A stretch of DNA of 64,000 bases from Coprothermobacterota bacterium (lineage in GTDB: Bacteria > Coprothermobacterota > Coprothermobacteria > Coprothermobacterales > Coprothermobacteraceae), in NCBI GenBank assembly GCA_036679065.1, contig JAZIGN010000003.1, positions 64,001 to 128,000 on the forward strand. The letters run 5' to 3'. Made by a program: the position numbers and the translations under genes. Under the pieces are notes generated by a model. The model saw nothing but the letters and a program-made list of their open reading frames with translations. It was not told the origin of the DNA and searched no databases. Below are positions 60,978 through 64,000 of the stretch, one piece after another. How positions within the stretch are numbered: position 1 is the first letter of the stretch; each line of letters begins with the position of its first letter.

Positions 60978-62372
60978 ATGAACATAAAAGAAGTTTTCAC
61001 CAAAAGACAAAACGGCGAGATTACCTTTAAAGGCTTAATGCAGAAAACCATCGAAAAACTGGAACAAGACAAAGAACTACATGCTTTCCTTCATCTGAAG
61101 CACCCTTCTGAGCTTATACGAGAGGCTGAGGAGGCAGACAAGGCTTGGGAAAAAGGGGTTAGAAGACCCCTGCAGGGTATACCGGTAGCAGTAAAGGATA
61201 ATATTTGCGTAAGCAGCATGCCATGCACGTGTGCGAGCAAAGTTCTTCAAGATTTTGTAGCCCCCTATGATGCGACGGTGGTCAAGAAATTAAAAGAATC
61301 TGGAGCCATCATTGTAGGTAAAACCAACCTAGATGAGTTTGCCATGGGCAGCTCAAGCGAAAACTCAGCTTTTGGACCTACCAAAAACCCCTTAGACCTT
61401 TCAAGGTCGCCTGGCGGTTCTTCTGGCGGTTCTGCAGCAGCAGTAGCAGCGGACATGTGCATGGTGGCTTTGGGGTCTGACACTGGCGGCTCGGTAAGAC
61501 AGCCTGCTGCTTTCACCGGTATTATTGGATTCAAGCCCAGTTACGGTGCCATCTCCAGGTATGGTTTAGTTGCCTTTGCATCATCATTGGATCAAATAGG
61601 TATACTGGCAAAAACCCCTGAAGATGTCCTTCTTACCTCTTTTGTCCTCTTTGGGAAAGACCACTTGGACAGCACAACCACAGATGTTTTCATGGACTTT
61701 TCTCCCAAGGCAAGCGAGGTAAGGCGGATCGGCTTAGTAAAGGAAGTTGATATTAGTGCAGTGGACCCACAGGTCAAAGAAGGTTATGAATTATTCGTGC
61801 AACAACTCTCTAGGGACTTTGACGTGATGGAGGTCTCTATTCGGCATTGGGAAGAAGCTCTTGCTGCTTATTACTTCATTGCACCTGCTGAAGCCTCCTC
61901 CAATCTTGCCCGCTATGACGGTGTAAGGTATGGAACCATGGTGGAAGAAGAAACTTACTGGGACACAGTAAGGGAAACACGTAATCTACTAGGAGAAGAA
62001 GTAAAACGCCGCATACTACTGGGTTCTTTTGCCTTGTCAGCAGGTTTTAAGGACGCACTTTATGAAAAGGCAAATTACCTACGTCGCTGGCTTGTATTGG
62101 AATTCGCGCAAGCATTCAAAGACGTGGACCTTCTACTTACTCCAACCACCCCCACTCTGCCTTTCAAATTGGGTGAAGTAAAAGATCCATTACAACTATA
62201 CAAGGCAGACCTCTTTACCACGCCAGCAAACTTGGCTTACTTGCCTGCAGTTAGTATTCCATTTAAAGCTACAGGCGAACCCTTACCAGTGGGCTTGCAG
62301 TTTATTGCGCCCTTCGGACAAGACCACAAACTTCTCAGTTTTATAGGAGAGCTGGGGGTGAAAAGCATATGA
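60978..62372 (+). CDS. gatA: Asp/Glu-tRNA amidotransferase subunit A
   Basis: VAVKDN, GKTNLDEFAMGS, PGGSSGGS, GSDTGGSVRQP, EASSNLARYDG. Confidence 0.97.
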   Translation: MNIKEVFTKRQNGEITFKGLMQKTIEKLEQDKELHAFLHLKHPSELIREAEEADKAWEKGVRRPLQGIPVAVKDNICVSSMPCTCASKVLQDFVAPYDATVVKKLKESGAIIVGKTNLDEFAMGSSSENSAFGPTKNPLDLSRSPGGSSGGSAAAVAADMCMVALGSDTGGSVRQPAAFTGIIGFKPSYGAISRYGLVAFASSLDQIGILAKTPEDVLLTSFVLFGKDHLDSTTTDVFMDFSPKASEVRRIGLVKEVDISAVDPQVKEGYELFVQQLSRDFDVMEVSIRHWEEALAAYYFIAPAEASSNLARYDGVRYGTMVEEETYWDTVRETRNLLGEEVKRRILLGSFALSAGFKDALYEKANYLRRWLVLEFAQAFKDVDLLLTPTTPTLPFKLGEVKDPLQLYKADLFTTPANLAYLPAVSIPFKATGEPLPVGLQFIAPFGQDHKLLSFIGELGVKSI

Positions 62373-63793
62373 ATTTCAAGTTCGTAGCAGGGTTGGAAAT
62401 ACACGTTCAGCTTAATACAAAAACAAAAATGTTCTGCAGTTGCCCTACCGAGGGACCAGACATTCCTAATACCCGTGTATGTCCCGTATGCCTTGGATAC
62501 CCAGGAACCCTACCTGTGCTAAACCGTGAAGCCGTTGTCATGGCAATTGCCTTGGGCAAAGCCCTCCACGGCCACATTAATAATATTTCTCGCTTTCACA
62601 GAAAAAACTATTTTTACCCCGATTTACCCAAGGGGTATCAAATAACACAAGGTGACGTACCCATCATAGAAAATGCCTATCTTGAGCTCTCCACCGGTAA
62701 AAAAATCCCCATAAAACGCATTCACCTTGAGGAAGATGCAGCTAAGAGTGTGCATGTGAGCAGCACCGGTAGGCTTTCAGGTGCAGAGGAGACTTTGCTT
62801 GACTTCAATCGCTCTGGCATACCGCTCATTGAAATAGTCACAGACCCAGTTTTCGAATCCCCAGAAGAAGCAGCCCTTTTTGTGGAAGAACTGCAAGCCA
62901 CCTTGAGGTATCTGGGCATAAGCAACGCCCAGATGGAGCTGGGTCAACTACGGTGCGACGTGAATGTGTCTGTGGAACTGGACGGAAAGGAAGGCACTCG
63001 GGTAGAAATTAAGAACCTTAACAGCATCAGAGCCATTAGGCAGGCACTAAGCTATGAGTACAATCGACACGTGGGAGCCTACAAAAGAGGAGAGATCATA
63101 CCACAGGAAACCCTGGCTTTCGACGAAAAGACAAATCAAACTCGTCCTATGCGTACCAAACAAACCTCAGAAGACTACAGGTATTTCCCTGAACCAGACT
63201 TGCCACCACTGGTGCTCACCAGTGATCTTTTTGAAGAAGCAGACAGGTACTCGGGTAGCTTCTTAGAAGCTTACAAGAATGCTTTGCAGTGGATAGGAAA
63301 AGAAAGTGAAGCGCGCACGTTGGCATTAAACAAAGACCAGTACCTAATGTATGCGACATTTGCAAAAGAGGGCTTTGATACAAAACTACTAACGCGGATA
63401 ATCACCATTGACTTGCCCAACATATTGAGTGAAGTTGGCAAAGGCTGGAATGAAATAAACCAGAGCTACATAAGTGCCATTCTAAATCTGCAGCAAAAAG
63501 GAGAAATCACAGCAGCCGTAGCCAAGGACCTTCTCTGGCAAGCTGCCCGCGACATCGACCCGATAAAGTACGCTCAAGAGCATCAGCTCTTGGGCAAGAA
63601 AGACCTAGACTTAGAACAAGTAATTTCCGAAGTGCTAGAGCAAAATCCTGACGCCGTAGAAAAGTACAAGAAAGGAAATGTGAACGTGGTCAGTTTCCTC
63701 CTAGGGCAGGTTATGAGGAAAACTAAAGGCACAGCCGATCCTGGTAAAACAAGGAAGCTTCTTGAAGAACGCTTAACAAAGCTTAGTGAATAA
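62369..63793 (+). CDS. gatB: Asp/Glu-tRNA amidotransferase subunit B
   Basis: GLEIHVQL, RKNYFYPDLPKGYQITQ, HLEEDA, RCDVNVS, EIKNLNS, YRYFPEPDL. Confidence 0.97.
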   Translation: MNFKFVAGLEIHVQLNTKTKMFCSCPTEGPDIPNTRVCPVCLGYPGTLPVLNREAVVMAIALGKALHGHINNISRFHRKNYFYPDLPKGYQITQGDVPIIENAYLELSTGKKIPIKRIHLEEDAAKSVHVSSTGRLSGAEETLLDFNRSGIPLIEIVTDPVFESPEEAALFVEELQATLRYLGISNAQMELGQLRCDVNVSVELDGKEGTRVEIKNLNSIRAIRQALSYEYNRHVGAYKRGEIIPQETLAFDEKTNQTRPMRTKQTSEDYRYFPEPDLPPLVLTSDLFEEADRYSGSFLEAYKNALQWIGKESEARTLALNKDQYLMYATFAKEGFDTKLLTRIITIDLPNILSEVGKGWNEINQSYISAILNLQQKGEITAAVAKDLLWQAARDIDPIKYAQEHQLLGKKDLDLEQVISEVLEQNPDAVEKYKKGNVNVVSFLLGQVMRKTKGTADPGKTRKLLEERLTKLSE

Positions 63794-64000
63794 TTCTTAC
63801 CAGTAAAGGAGGGCTCCCTTCGTTCTGCAAGGCCCTCCTTAGTATGCTACTGCCTTTAGCCCGTACCACTTTAGCAGATATCTGGCCGCTGAACTGGGAG
63901 CTGCTAAGTTCCACTTCCTCGCCGCTCAGTGTTACGTTGTCTAAGTTGCTCCCATTTACAGTTATATATTTTTCGCTTTGCACGTTTAAATGGTTAATCT
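63783..64000 (-). CDS. Possible 3' end of a convergent gene entering from the right edge (partial, unknown)
   Basis: The frame stays open to the window end (...INHLNVQSEKYITVNGSNLDNVTLSGEE...IIH*). Confidence 0.35.
   Translation of the reverse strand, partial: INHLNVQSEKYITVNGSNLDNVTLSGEEVELSSSQFSGQISAKVVRAKGSSILRRALQNEGSPPLLVRIIH

Noticed and set aside
63806..63840. Hairpin AAGGAGGGC/GCCCTCCTT after gatB
   Set aside because: Large loop, no U-tract, and it lies inside a possible convergent ORF; not supportable as a terminator.

Overview
64-kb window from a fermentative anaerobic bacterium. Gene content suggests a thermophilic, Coprothermobacter-like lineage (inference only). I found no rRNA, tRNA, CRISPR array or mobile element. 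The main blocks are: (1) an electron-bifurcating [FeFe]-hydrogenase operon (hydC-HATPase-hydD-hydB-hydA), preceded by a putative sensory module (ECF S-component, two DRTGG proteins, anti-sigma-type kinase, group D hydrogenase-like protein, PHP phosphatase); (2) an SmtB/ArsR regulator with a P1B ATPase frameshifted at a C5 run; (3) housekeeping, metabolic and transport genes (pgm/manB, fprA, mgsA, ltaE, gdh, ccdA-like, chrA pair, yigZ, MATE, MMPL plus partner, beta-CASP nuclease, mnmE, ahcY, ligA, gatCAB); (4) a TM1266-hydG-orf-hydE-hydF maturation operon lying inside an aor-moaD-[rSAM/SPASM]-ahcY run, with a Moco/Tuco-type riboswitch ahead of aor; (5) three secreted SLH proteins, two of them tandem near-identical SLH-oligopeptide-binding protein fusions. 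The most novel-looking signal is a two-state RNA leader (anti-SD hairpin versus a competing stem) ahead of the hydrogenase maturation genes. Other unusual signals are a degenerate STAND-like ATPase-TPR-GGDEF protein, five leaderless genes with a -10 box exactly 6 nt before the start codon, and two probable non-canonical starts (ACG, CTG).
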